The position numbers and the translations under genes are program-made. Of a DNA stretch of 64,000 nt, positions 36,274 to 46,007 are shown one piece after another. Source of the DNA: Cellvibrio sp. (GTDB taxonomy: Bacteria > Pseudomonadota > Gammaproteobacteria > Pseudomonadales > Cellvibrionaceae); assembly GCA_050305995.1 (NCBI GenBank), contig JBNLGJ010000066.1, positions 3,036 to 67,035 of the forward strand, written 5' to 3'. The notes under the pieces were generated by a model. That model searched no databases. It saw nothing but the letters and a program-made list of their open reading frames with translations, and was not told the origin of the DNA. The number at the start of each line of letters is the position of its first letter. The first letter of the stretch is position 1.

Positions 36274-37524
36274 ATGTCCTATCAAAATTTTGCTGCGTTG
36301 TTTTCCAAACAGGACCGCTGGGCCTATTTAATTCTGGGTGTGCTGCTGGTTGTTGTTTTGCCCCTGTCCATGGATATTTTTCGCCTCAACCTGGTGGGTA
36401 AATATTTGTGTTACGCCTTTGTTGCTGTGGGCCTGGTGCTCTGCTGGGGTTACGGCGGTATTTTAAGCCTGGGCCAGGGGGTGTTTTTTGGTTTGGGCGG
36501 CTACGCCATGGCGATGTTTTTAAAACTGGAAGCCTCTGACCCAGTGAGCACCAAAATCCAATCCACCCCCGGTATTCCCGATTTTATGGATTGGAATCAG
36601 ATCACTGAATTGCCGCTATTCTGGGAACCCTTCCACAGTCTCGGATTTACCATATTGGCGATTTTTGTGGTGCCGGCAATTTTCGGTTATATCCTCGGCG
36701 TGGCCATGTTCAAGCGCCGTGTAGGTGGGGTTTACTTTGCCATTATCACCCAGGCGATTGCCGCCATTCTCACCATTCTGATTATCGGTCAGCAGGGCTA
36801 CAGCGGCGGCGTTAACGGCATCACCGATTTGCGCACACTGCACGGCTGGGATATTCGCACTGACAATGCCAAATATGTATTTTACTTCCTCGCGGTGGCG
36901 CTGCTGTTTGCCTGCCTGGTGTGCGCGCAATTTATTCGCAAAAGCAAACTGGGCCGCCTGCTGGTGGCTATGCGCGATAAAGAGGATAGGGTGCGCTTCT
37001 CCGGTTACGATGTGGCTAACTTTAAAATCTTTGTCTTCTGTGTTGGCGCTATCTTTGCGGCCATTGGCGGTGCCATGTTTACCCTGCAGGTGGGGTTTAT
37101 GTCACCCACCCTGGTGGGCATAGTGCCCTCCATTGAAATGGTAATTTTCTGCGCGGTGGGCGGCCGCCTGTCAATTATAGGCGCAGTCTACGGCACCCTG
37201 ATTGTCTGCGCGGCTAAAACCAGTTTTTCCGAGAGCTTTCCCGAACTCTGGCTGTTTGCCATGGGCGGTTTGTTTATCGCCGTGGTTATGGCCTTCCCCA
37301 ATGGGTTGGCAGGGCTTTACGTCAGCCATATAGCACCGCAATTGCAAAAACTCTGGAGCAAAATCAGCAGCCGCACCGAGCTTGCTAATACGGCGCCGCT
37401 GGCATCGCCCAGTGCCATTGAGGAGCCGGCTGCTGCAGATCCTGTCGTTGTAGCGCCAGCCAAAACCAAAGTAGAAACACTACAGGTTTCATCACATCAA
37501 GGAGTTGTCCATGAGCCCCAGTAA
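36274..37524 (+). CDS. urtC: Urea ABC transporter permease
   Basis: WGYGGILSLGQGVFFGLGGYAMAMFLKL, YFAIITQA, VPSIEMVI.CAVGGR. Confidence 0.92.
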   Translation: MSYQNFAALFSKQDRWAYLILGVLLVVVLPLSMDIFRLNLVGKYLCYAFVAVGLVLCWGYGGILSLGQGVFFGLGGYAMAMFLKLEASDPVSTKIQSTPGIPDFMDWNQITELPLFWEPFHSLGFTILAIFVVPAIFGYILGVAMFKRRVGGVYFAIITQAIAAILTILIIGQQGYSGGVNGITDLRTLHGWDIRTDNAKYVFYFLAVALLFACLVCAQFIRKSKLGRLLVAMRDKEDRVRFSGYDVANFKIFVFCVGAIFAAIGGAMFTLQVGFMSPTLVGIVPSIEMVIFCAVGGRLSIIGAVYGTLIVCAAKTSFSESFPELWLFAMGGLFIAVVMAFPNGLAGLYVSHIAPQLQKLWSKISSRTELANTAPLASPSAIEEPAAADPVVVAPAKTKVETLQVSSHQGVVHEPQ

Positions 37525-38260
37525 TACAGATTTTGTGTTAGCGGTTGAAGGCCTGACTGTCTCCTTCGATGGCTTTAAAGCAGTTAACGATTTGAGTTTT
37601 TATGTGGATGAAAATGAAATCCGCGTAATTATCGGCCCCAACGGCGCAGGCAAAACCACAGTGCTGGATTTGATTTGCGGTCGCACCAAGGCCACCGAGG
37701 GCTCGATTAAATTCCGCAGCCGCGAACTGACCAAATTAAAAGAGCACGACATAGTGAAAGCGGGCGTAGGGCGCAAGTTCCAAAACCCGTCGATTTATGG
37801 CGACCTGACGGTGTTTGAAAACCTGGAGATTTCCTTCCCGCGCGGGCGCTCGGTTTTTGGTGCGCTTATGTTCAAGCGCGACGCTGAGGTAATCAACAAA
37901 GTGCACGAAGTGGCCAAGATGATTTTCCTTGAGGAGTTGTTGGAGATGCAGGCGGAGCTGCTCAGTCACGGGCAAAAACAGTGGCTGGAAATTGGCATGC
38001 TGCTGATTCAGGACCCGGACCTGTTAATGCTCGATGAACCTGTGGCGGGCATGTCGGTGGGCGAGCGCCAGCAGACCGCGGAGCTGTTGCGCCGCATCAC
38101 CAAAGACCGCTCGGTCATTGTGATCGAACACGATATGCAGTTTGTGGCGCAGATCGCCGACAAGGTGACGGTGCTGCACCAGGGCAAGATTCTTGCCGAA
38201 GGTTCGGTGGACAAGGTTAAAAATGATCCCAAGGTGATCGAGGTTTACTTAGGACATTAA
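37511..38260 (+). CDS. urtD: Urea ABC transporter ATP-binding protein
   Basis: GPNGAGKTT, GRKFQNPS, LSHGQKQWLEIGMLL, LDEPVAGMS. Confidence 0.93.
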   Translation: MSPSNTDFVLAVEGLTVSFDGFKAVNDLSFYVDENEIRVIIGPNGAGKTTVLDLICGRTKATEGSIKFRSRELTKLKEHDIVKAGVGRKFQNPSIYGDLTVFENLEISFPRGRSVFGALMFKRDAEVINKVHEVAKMIFLEELLEMQAELLSHGQKQWLEIGMLLIQDPDLLMLDEPVAGMSVGERQQTAELLRRITKDRSVIVIEHDMQFVAQIADKVTVLHQGKILAEGSVDKVKNDPKVIEVYLGH

Positions 38261-38295
38261 TTCTGAGTGTGCCAACCAGACTGAGAGGAATTTCT

Positions 38296-38985
38296 ATGTT
38301 AGCTGTATCAGATTACCGCGTAAGCTATGGCCAGAGTGAAGTGCTGCACGGGTTAAATTTTGAAATCAAACCGCGCGAAATTGTCGCGGTGATGGGCCGC
38401 AACGGCATGGGCAAAACTACCCTGATGAAATCGCTGATGGGGGTTATTCCCAGCAGCGGTGGCAGTGTCAAATTGCAAGGCGAGGAGGTCAGCCAGCTAA
38501 AAAGTTTTCAGCGCGTTGCCAGTGGTTTTGGTTTTGTGCCGCAAGGGCGAATGATTTTTTCCAGCATGACGGTTAAAGAAAATATCGAAACCGGCTTAAC
38601 CACCACCAACCGGCGAACCGTGCCCAGCGAGTTGTACGACCTGTTCCCGGTGCTGCTGGAAATGCGCAACAGGCGCGGCGGCAACCTCTCCGGCGGCCAG
38701 CAACAGCAGCTGGCTATTGCCCGCGCACTGGCCAGCAACCCCAAAATGCTGCTGCTGGACGAACCCACCGAAGGTATTCAGCCATCCATTATTCGCGAGA
38801 TGGGCCGCACCTTAAAAACCATTCGCGACCAGCGCGGCCTGTCGATTGTGGTGAGTGAGCAGGTGTTAAGTTTTGCCCTGGATATTGCCGACCGGATTCT
38901 GGTGATTGAGAAGGGCGAGATAGTGCACGAGGAGCTGCGCGCAAATGTCAACGAGGCAAAAGTCGCCGCTTATTTGTCTGTGTAA
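38296..38985 (+). CDS. urtE: Urea ABC transporter ATP-binding protein
   Basis: GRNGMGKTT, VPQGRMIF, LSGGQQQQLAIARAL, DEPTEGIQPSII; GAGAGG RBS before ATG 38296. Confidence 0.93.
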   Translation: MLAVSDYRVSYGQSEVLHGLNFEIKPREIVAVMGRNGMGKTTLMKSLMGVIPSSGGSVKLQGEEVSQLKSFQRVASGFGFVPQGRMIFSSMTVKENIETGLTTTNRRTVPSELYDLFPVLLEMRNRRGGNLSGGQQQQLAIARALASNPKMLLLDEPTEGIQPSIIREMGRTLKTIRDQRGLSIVVSEQVLSFALDIADRILVIEKGEIVHEELRANVNEAKVAAYLSV

Positions 38986-39214
38986 TCTACATTTTTTTTA
39001 ATTTCTTTACGGCTGGTGCTAGCCCAAGGCATCAGCCGTTTTTTTATTGTGCAATCTGAATGGTGTAGTGGAAATTTGAGTGGGCTTTTGGTGGCTTGCG
39101 TCTATACGTCAAATAACGCAGCCGGGCGGGACATTTGTCGTATTGTTGCACTGCCGGCGCGCGCTGATACTGCAGGGGAGATGAACTTGTGCCCACAGAC
39201 TCAGGAGTCGCACC

Positions 39215-40447
39215 ATGGCTGAAACCATTATTAAAATTGACTTGAACAAAACCCCCTACGAAAACGAGATGATTCACAACCGCTGGCATCCCGATATCCC
39301 CATGGTGGCTACGGTAAAGCCAGGTGCTGATTTTATTATCGAGTGCTACGACTGGACCGGCGGCCAGATTAAAAATGACGACTGCGCCGATGACGTGCGC
39401 GATGTGGATTTAAGCCAGGTGCACTTCCTCTCCGGCCCAGTGGGTGTGGAGGGTGCAGAGCCAGGTGATTTGCTGGTGGTGGATATTCTCGATATTGGCG
39501 CTTTCCAGGAGAGCCTTTGGGGTTTTAACGGTTTCTTCTCCAAAAACAACGGCGGCGGTTTTTTAACGGAGCATTTCCCCGAAGCGCAAAAATCCATTTG
39601 GGATATCAACGGCATGTTTACCAAATCGCGCCATGTACCCAATGTGGAATTCGCCGGCCTTATTCACCCCGGCCTGATTGGCTGCCTGCCCTCCAAAGAG
39701 ATGCTGCTGGAGTGGAACACGCGCGAAAAAGAACTTTACGACACCGAGCCGGAGCGCGTGCCTGCACTTGCCACCTTGCCCTACGCCGACACCGCGCACA
39801 TGGGCAAAATGACTGGCGATGCGGCCAAGGCGGCAGCGGCTGAAGGGGCGCGCACTGTGCCACCGCGCGAGCACGGCGGTAACTGCGACATTAAGGATTT
39901 ATCGCGCGGCTCCAAAATTTATTTTCCGGTTTACGTTAAAGGCGGCGGCCTGTCAGTGGGCGACCTGCACTTCAGTCAGGGCGATGGCGAAATTACTTTC
40001 TGCGGCGCTATCGAAATGGCTGGCTGGATTCACCTGCGCGTCAATCTGATTAAAGATGGTATGGCCAAGTACGGTATTAAAAACCCCATCTTCAAACCCA
40101 GCCCCATTGCGCCCAAGTACGATGACTACTTGATCTTCGAAGGTATTTCGGTGGATGAATACGGCGAGCAGCATTACCTGGATGTGCATGTCGCCTATCG
40201 CCAGGCCTGCTTGAATGCGATTGAGTATTTGACCAAGTTTGGATACTCCAAAGCGCAGTCCTACGCAATTCTCGGCTGCGCCCCTGTGCAGGGGCATATC
40301 TCCGGCGTGGTGGATATCCCCAACGCTTGCGCCACTCTGTGGCTGCCCACGGATATCTTTGATTTTGATATCAACCCCAGCGCCGAGGGGCCGAGCAAAA
40401 AGGTAACGCCGGGTATGGATATTCCCCTGTCACCTGACAAGGAGTAG
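39215..40447 (+). CDS. fmdA: Formamidase (acetamidase/formamidase family)
   Basis: HNRWHPDIP, ECYDWTGGQI, PPREHGGNCDIK, GDLHFSQGDGEITFCGAIEM, GVVDIPNAC. Confidence 0.95.
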   Translation: MAETIIKIDLNKTPYENEMIHNRWHPDIPMVATVKPGADFIIECYDWTGGQIKNDDCADDVRDVDLSQVHFLSGPVGVEGAEPGDLLVVDILDIGAFQESLWGFNGFFSKNNGGGFLTEHFPEAQKSIWDINGMFTKSRHVPNVEFAGLIHPGLIGCLPSKEMLLEWNTREKELYDTEPERVPALATLPYADTAHMGKMTGDAAKAAAAEGARTVPPREHGGNCDIKDLSRGSKIYFPVYVKGGGLSVGDLHFSQGDGEITFCGAIEMAGWIHLRVNLIKDGMAKYGIKNPIFKPSPIAPKYDDYLIFEGISVDEYGEQHYLDVHVAYRQACLNAIEYLTKFGYSKAQSYAILGCAPVQGHISGVVDIPNACATLWLPTDIFDFDINPSAEGPSKKVTPGMDIPLSPDKE

Positions 40448-40481
40448 CGCGGTAATTTAGCTAAAGATGTAAACCTGGTTC

Positions 40482-40523
40482 GCCAGGGCTGAAAAATCTA
40501 TCTCCTTCGGCTCTGGCTTTTTT
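40482..40523 (+). terminator. Terminator-like hairpin between fmdA and fmdB
   Basis: GCCAGGGCTGAA / TTCGGCTCTGGC 12-bp stem (two G-U pairs) followed by T6. Confidence 0.55.
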
Positions 40524-40550
40524 ATCAAGTTTTTTGTGCGAGACAGTTTT

Positions 40551-40919
40551 ATGCCTGTGTACGATTACAAATGCGCTGAGCACGGTTTGTTTTACGAATT
40601 GGCAAGTATGGATGATGCAGCTAAACCCTGCGCCTGCCCGACCTGTGGGGCACTCTCTGGCCGGGTGATTATGCTAGCACCGGAGTTTTTGGGAATGAAG
40701 GCGGAAAACCGCCAGGCTCATAGCCGCAATGAAGAGGCGCGGCATCAGCCGAAATTTTCTACGGTGGAATCGCGTTTAGAGGATAAAGCGCGGCGGGAGC
40801 ATAAACATGGCAAGGGCTGTGGCTGCGGCGATAAGCCGATTCGCCAATCCAAATTATTTTTTACCGCCGACGGTAAAAAAATGTTTCCGTCTATGCGCCC
40901 CTGGATGATCAGCCACTAA
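40551..40919 (+). CDS. fmdB: FmdB-family zinc-ribbon protein
   Basis: MPVYDYKCAEHG.F......CPTCG; C-terminal K.FP..RPWMISH. Confidence 0.88.
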   Translation: MPVYDYKCAEHGLFYELASMDDAAKPCACPTCGALSGRVIMLAPEFLGMKAENRQAHSRNEEARHQPKFSTVESRLEDKARREHKHGKGCGCGDKPIRQSKLFFTADGKKMFPSMRPWMISH

Positions 40920-40948
40920 GGGTGGTTGATGATGTAAATCGGGTGGGT

Positions 40949-41563
40949 TTAGTGGCAGGTGTGTTGGCGCAGGCTTTCGAGGTATTCCATCAAACTGCCA
41001 AACATTTCTTCCAGCAATTGCGGCGCCTGCATGCACTTGGCAGTGCCCATAATGCCCTGATAGCAGCAATGTAAAAAGAGTGCGGTTTTACGTGGGTTGA
41101 TATCCTGGCGCACGGAACCTTCGCCCTGGCCCTTTTCCAGCGCCGCGCTTATAGTGCCGATAATGGTATTCATTACATTGAGCAGGCGCTGGTGAAATCC
41201 CTCATCCAGCGCTGACATTTCCTGGCTTAAATTGTTTAGCGGGCAACCGTTAAAACACTCTTCACTTTTCATGCACTCGCTTTTCCAGGCAAAAAGTTTT
41301 TGCATGGCGGTGAGTGGGTCGGTGCTCTCCAATAAAAAGCTATCCCAGGTTTCTTGAAAGTGGGTGAGGATAATTTCTTCTACCACCGCATAGCCCAGGC
41401 TGAGCTTGTTGGGAAAGTGGTGATAGAGCGCCCCTTTGGCTAGCTGGGCTTTTTGCAGAATGGCCTCTATACGCATGCCCTGATAGCCATTTTGGTAAAT
41501 CTCATCAAAAGCGGCTTCCAAAATACGGTTGCGGGTGTGTTCTGCGTTGCGTTCAATAGCCAT
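40949..41563 (-). CDS. TetR/AcrR-family transcriptional regulator
   Basis: TRNRILEAAF..GY....I..I......KGALYHHF.NK HTH; GCPLNNLSQEMS. Confidence 0.93.
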   Translation of the reverse strand: MAIERNAEHTRNRILEAAFDEIYQNGYQGMRIEAILQKAQLAKGALYHHFPNKLSLGYAVVEEIILTHFQETWDSFLLESTDPLTAMQKLFAWKSECMKSEECFNGCPLNNLSQEMSALDEGFHQRLLNVMNTIIGTISAALEKGQGEGSVRQDINPRKTALFLHCCYQGIMGTAKCMQAPQLLEEMFGSLMEYLESLRQHTCH

Positions 41564-41595
41564 AATCGAGTGTCTGAGCGAGTCGTTGGGAATTT

Positions 41596-41850
41596 TTAAA
41601 TAGCGAACAATGGCAGTGCCTGCCAGAGCATTACACCCAGTGCGCCCGCCAGGGCAGCCATTCCCAGGCTAAAAAAGAATTTGGCGATGGCGCGAATACT
41701 GCGGTTGTGTTGCAGGCGCAGCTCCAGTTCCCACTCCAGACTGGGCAGGTGAGGAAGCCTGTAGCTATGGTTGTGTTTGGGGGATGCCTGAAACAGCTGT
41801 AGCAGGGGTTTTAACCCTGACGTGAGTGCTTTAAGTATCAGAAATTTCAT
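41596..41850 (-). CDS. Small hypothetical membrane protein
   Basis: 84 aa, AGGA RBS, C-terminal TM helix; lies between the operator-containing promoter and tetR. Confidence 0.55.
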   Translation of the reverse strand: MKFLILKALTSGLKPLLQLFQASPKHNHSYRLPHLPSLEWELELRLQHNRSIRAIAKFFFSLGMAALAGALGVMLWQALPLFAI

Positions 41851-41945
41851 GGCTCGATCCTGCGATTGTGAGTTTTACACTGCGAGGAGGTAATGCGTAA
41901 ACGGTTTTAGGTAAATGCAAGTTGCCCATGTGCTGAAGCGGGCGA

Positions 41946-41997
41946 CAGACCAGTTGGTCTGGAGACGCATTTAATAACAGACCAACTGGTCTGTCAA
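41946..41997 (-). promoter_or_regulatory. Sigma70 promoter overlapped by two palindromic TetR-type operators
   Basis: CAGACC-AGTT-GGTCTG (41946-41961) and CAGACC-AACT-GGTCTG (41978-41993); minus strand TTGACA (41997-41992), 17 bp, then TTAAAT. Confidence 0.75.
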
Positions 41998-42230
41998 CGA
42001 AATTTACCCTAGCTGAATAAGCTTTTGTTAAGTTGAGGCCGTTATCCTAAATTGCTTTGCCACCGGGTTTACCCTGGGCTGCTGGAAATTGGCGCAGGAA
42101 GGTCTGGAAATTTTATGCCCCAGGCTTATGCTTAGATCGCCCAATCTCCATTGCTGGTCGCTGACAGCCTTCCATTTTCGACCGCCCGGGTAAGAAATGA
42201 TCAAAAATTTGTTGTTTATGCGAGGACACT

Positions 42231-42782
42231 ATGTCGAAAGAGATAAATCCCCAACGTTTTTCCCCGGTGTTGATTGCTCTGCACTGGTTAATGTTTCTGC
42301 TGATTATTGGCGTCTACTGTGCCATGGAGTTTCGCGGGATTTTCCCCAAGGGCAGCGATGCGCGCGATTTTATGAAGCTTGCTCACTTTATGCTGGGGAT
42401 CAGTATTTTGCTTCTGGTACTGGTGCGCATCGGGGTGCGCCTGACCAGTCAGGTTCCCGCTATTTTGCCCGCGCCTAAGCCCAGGGAAGAACTCCTGTCC
42501 AAGGTTATGCATCTGGCGCTTTACGGCTTTATGATTGCCATGCCGTTACTGGGCTGGTTGATGATTAACGCCCATGGCAATGCTGTTCCTTTTTTGGGGT
42601 TTGAGCTGCCGCGACTGGTCGGTGCAGACAAGGCGCTGGGGCATCAGCTGGAGGAAATTCACGAATCCCTGGCGACCATCGGTTATTTTTTAATTGGTGC
42701 CCACGCTGCGGCGGGCCTGTTTCATCACTATGTCAAACGCGATAACACGCTGCTGCGTATGTCGCTGCTGAAGCGCTCCTGA
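42231..42782 (+). CDS. cybB: Cytochrome b561
   Basis: IALHWLM, HFMLG, MHLALY.FM..MPLLG, HAAAGLFHHYVKRDNTLLRM. Confidence 0.88.
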   Translation: MSKEINPQRFSPVLIALHWLMFLLIIGVYCAMEFRGIFPKGSDARDFMKLAHFMLGISILLLVLVRIGVRLTSQVPAILPAPKPREELLSKVMHLALYGFMIAMPLLGWLMINAHGNAVPFLGFELPRLVGADKALGHQLEEIHESLATIGYFLIGAHAAAGLFHHYVKRDNTLLRMSLLKRS

Positions 42783-42795
42783 GTGGGAGGCTGAG

Positions 42796-43485
42796 ATGCG
42801 TCATCGCGAAGGGCACGCCTTACATCATGTCGGCTGGTTGCGCGCAGCGGTGCTGGGTGCTAACGATGGCATTATCTCCACTGCCAGCCTGATGATGGGC
42901 ATAGAGGCCGCCGAAGGGACGGGGGCGACAGTGCTGTTAACTGGGGTTGCCGGCTTGGTCGCGGGTGCCATGAGTATGGCTGCCGGCGAATATGTGTCGG
43001 TAAGTTCCCAGGCAGATCTGGAGGCCGCCGACTTGGCGCGCGAGCGCCATGAGCTGGCCACTGATGAGGCTGGTGAGCTGCGCGAACTGGAAGAAATTTA
43101 TGTGGCGCGTGGCTTGGAGCGCAGCCTGGCCAAAGAGGTGGCGCTGCAGATGACCGCCCATGATGCCCTTGCTGCCCACGCCCGCGATGAGCTGGGCATC
43201 ACCCATTTTAATCAGGCGCGCCCACTGCAGGCGGCGCTGAGTTCAGCTGGCTCCTTTGCGTTGGGGGCGTTGATTCCGCTGCTGGCGGTATTTATCTGCC
43301 CTGCCAATTATTTGCAGGGTTCCATTGCCTTAGTGGCGCTGGCGTCACTGGCGCTGCTTGGCGCCTTGGCGGCCAGAGTGGGCGGGGCTAGCCAAGTTGT
43401 CGGCGCGCTGCGCGTATGTGCTTGGGGCGCGGTGGCTATGGCGCTTACCAGCCTGGCTGGCCACTGGTTTGGCGCTCTGTTTTAA
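42796..43485 (+). CDS. VIT1/CCC1 transporter family protein
   Basis: WLRAAVLGANDGIIS, MSMAAGEYVSVSSQAD, AHARDELGI, PLQAA. Confidence 0.92.
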   Translation: MRHREGHALHHVGWLRAAVLGANDGIISTASLMMGIEAAEGTGATVLLTGVAGLVAGAMSMAAGEYVSVSSQADLEAADLARERHELATDEAGELRELEEIYVARGLERSLAKEVALQMTAHDALAAHARDELGITHFNQARPLQAALSSAGSFALGALIPLLAVFICPANYLQGSIALVALASLALLGALAARVGGASQVVGALRVCAWGAVAMALTSLAGHWFGALF

Positions 43486-44174
43486 GCTGCAAAAATATGT
43501 GCTAACACCTGGCTCATTGTCTGGTTAATTCGGGTAAATGCGCTGCTGTTGGCCAATATCTCTTCACCCGTTTGCGTGTGGCTGCTGCCGTCTATATCGC
43601 TGCCGCAGTGCTCCAGCAGTGCCCTGGCCGAGGCCGGGGTAGTCTCCAGATGAAATTGAAAGCCCCAGAGTTTGTCGCCAACACAAAAGGCTTGGTGCGC
43701 ACAGGCCTGGCTGCTGGCCAGCAGCTGTGCAGCTGGCGGCAGTGCGAAAGTGTCACCGTGCCAGTGAAAAACCTGAGGGGAGCTGGCTAAAAGTTGCGCT
43801 ACCGGATTGGCCTCGGCCGATTCGGGGACTTCAAGCGCAAACCAGCCGATTTCGCGCTGGCCATTTGCGTGCACTTTTGCGCCGAGAACTTCTGCTAGCA
43901 ATTGCGCACCCAGGCAGATGCCAAGCACTTTTTTGCCCTGGGCTATGGCTTGCTTAATAGCGAGCTTCTCAGCCGCTAACCAAGGGTAAATGGCTTCATC
44001 GTAAACTCCCATGGGGCCGCCCATCACTATCAGTAGGTCATAGCTGTTGGTCGCTGGCGCTGTGTCGCCCAGATACCAGTGGGTGCTGTTGTGGCTGTAA
44101 CCGCGCGCGGCAATATCCTGTGCCATGCTGCCTATATCCTCAAAGGGCACATGTTGAAAGGAGTGAACTCGCAT
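43482..44174 (-). CDS. Class I glutamine amidotransferase-like protein
   Basis: FQHVPFE, MGGPMGVYD, LGICLGAQL, FHWHGDTF, FQFHLE. Confidence 0.9.
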   Translation of the reverse strand: MRVHSFQHVPFEDIGSMAQDIAARGYSHNSTHWYLGDTAPATNSYDLLIVMGGPMGVYDEAIYPWLAAEKLAIKQAIAQGKKVLGICLGAQLLAEVLGAKVHANGQREIGWFALEVPESAEANPVAQLLASSPQVFHWHGDTFALPPAAQLLASSQACAHQAFCVGDKLWGFQFHLETTPASARALLEHCGSDIDGSSHTQTGEEILANSSAFTRINQTMSQVLAHIFAA

Positions 44175-44297
44175 AATAAGGTCCTTAATAGGCTAAAAAC
44201 TTGCGGAGTTTGGCTGGAATAGGCGGGCAAAGGCAATGATTGCCTGACGATTCGTGTATACTCGCGCAAAGTTTAGGCACCCGGGGCAGGGTGCCTG

Positions 44298-45956
44298 TTG
44301 TGTAAGCCCGCGGTAAATTACCTGGTGACCAGATTGATTGGAAAATTTTTTAAAAAACTGATTGGAAGTGGCGATACCCCCTCAGCGCACCCCCCCTCGC
44401 AGGATGTCAACGCAAAATCTGCTCGGCCTAATGGCCAGCGCAAAGCCCCCCGTGGCGACCAGGCTAAGGGTGAAAACTCGCGCGCTGATCAGCAGGAGCA
44501 AAAAAATCGCCGCAAGCGTGGTGGCAAAGGGCGCGGCCAGCAAAATGCCAGCCAGCCGTCGGGCAGCGATCAGGTGGAAAGTAATCAGGTGGAAAGTAAA
44601 GAGCGCCCCTCACAGCGCCGCGCTGCTGCCGCCAAAACGCCTGTGGAGCCTTGGGATATCGGCATGTTTGCGGTTGAGGAGGAGGAGGGCAAAAGCCGCT
44701 TCCACGATTTTGATCTTCAGCCAGAATTGATGCATGCCATCGCTGATCTGGGCTTTAAATACTGCTCGCCTATCCAGGCTCAGTCGCTGCCCTATGCCCT
44801 TCAGGGCAAGGATGTAGTGGGCAAGGCTCAGACGGGTACCGGTAAAACCGCCGCCTTCCTCACGGCCATCATTGATGACCTGCTGAAAAACCCGATTGAA
44901 GAAAAGCGCTACGCCGGCGAAGCGCGGGCGCTAATCATTGCCCCCACCCGCGAACTGGTTATTCAAATTGCTGAAGATGCCAAGGGCCTGTGCAAATACA
45001 CCGATTTGAAAATTCATACCCTGGTTGGCGGTATGGACTACAGCAAGCAGCAGCGTCGCTTGCACGACTCCTACGTCGATATCCTGGTGGCCACGCCAGG
45101 CCGCCTGCTGGATTTCTGCGGCAACAAAGATGTGTACCTGGATCAGTTGGAAGTGCTGGTAATTGACGAAGCCGACCGCATGCTGGACATGGGCTTTATT
45201 CCCCAGGTGCGTCAAATCGTGCGCCAGGCGCCGCGCCGCGAAGACCGCCAGACGCTGTTTTTCTCCGCCACCTTTACCGATGATGTACACAACCTGGTCA
45301 GCCAGTGGACCTACCGCCCCATAACTGTGGATATTGAGCCGGAATCAGTGGCCAACGAGCGGGTGGATCAGCATGTGTATCTGGTGTCTACCGAGGAAAA
45401 ATACACCCTGCTGTATAACCTGATTCAGCAGGAACATGCGGAGAGCATGATTGTGTTTGCCAACCGTCGCGATGAATGCCGCGATCTGCAGGAAAAACTG
45501 CAGCGCCACGGCATAGAGGCGGGACTGCTATCGGGTGAGATCACCCAGACCAAGCGCGTCTCCACTCTGGATGCTTTCAAGCGCGGCGATATCAAAGTGC
45601 TGGTGGCCACCGATGTGGCCGGTCGCGGTATTCATATTAGCGGCATCAGCCATGTGGTTAACTTTACTCTGCCGGAGGAGCCGGAGGACTATGTACACCG
45701 CATTGGCCGCACCGGTCGTGCAGGTAAGTCAGGTACTTCTATCAGTTTTGCCTGTGAAGATGATGCCCTGCGCCTGGAGCCTATCGAAAAGCTGCTGGGC
45801 AAACCGATTAAGTGTGAGCAGCCGCCCGAGACTTTAATGTTGATGCCTCCGGAGTTGCCTCCTGCACCCCATAGATCGCGCCACCAGGATAGACACAGCA
45901 ATCGCTCGGTGGGCAACCGCCCCGGCGGCGGTCGCGGTCGCAGGCCGCGCAACTAG
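44298..45956 (+). CDS. rhlB: DEAD-box RNA helicase RhlB-like with low-complexity N-terminal extension (start uncertain)
   Basis: [40 protein letters not shown]-type motif [22 protein letters not shown]. Confidence 0.85.
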   Translation: MCKPAVNYLVTRLIGKFFKKLIGSGDTPSAHPPSQDVNAKSARPNGQRKAPRGDQAKGENSRADQQEQKNRRKRGGKGRGQQNASQPSGSDQVESNQVESKERPSQRRAAAAKTPVEPWDIGMFAVEEEEGKSRFHDFDLQPELMHAIADLGFKYCSPIQAQSLPYALQGKDVVGKAQTGTGKTAAFLTAIIDDLLKNPIEEKRYAGEARALIIAPTRELVIQIAEDAKGLCKYTDLKIHTLVGGMDYSKQQRRLHDSYVDILVATPGRLLDFCGNKDVYLDQLEVLVIDEADRMLDMGFIPQVRQIVRQAPRREDRQTLFFSATFTDDVHNLVSQWTYRPITVDIEPESVANERVDQHVYLVSTEEKYTLLYNLIQQEHAESMIVFANRRDECRDLQEKLQRHGIEAGLLSGEITQTKRVSTLDAFKRGDIKVLVATDVAGRGIHISGISHVVNFTLPEEPEDYVHRIGRTGRAGKSGTSISFACEDDALRLEPIEKLLGKPIKCEQPPETLMLMPPELPPAPHRSRHQDRHSNRSVGNRPGGGRGRRPRN

Positions 45957-45965
45957 GCATAATCA

Positions 45966-45996
45966 GGCCCGGCAAATCGCCGGGCCATTTGTTTTT
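45966..45996 (+). terminator. Intrinsic terminator after rhlB
   Basis: GGCCCGGC-aaatc-GCCGGGCC followed by ATTTGTTTTT. Confidence 0.65.
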
Positions 45997-46007
45997 GGAA
46001 CTGTAAA

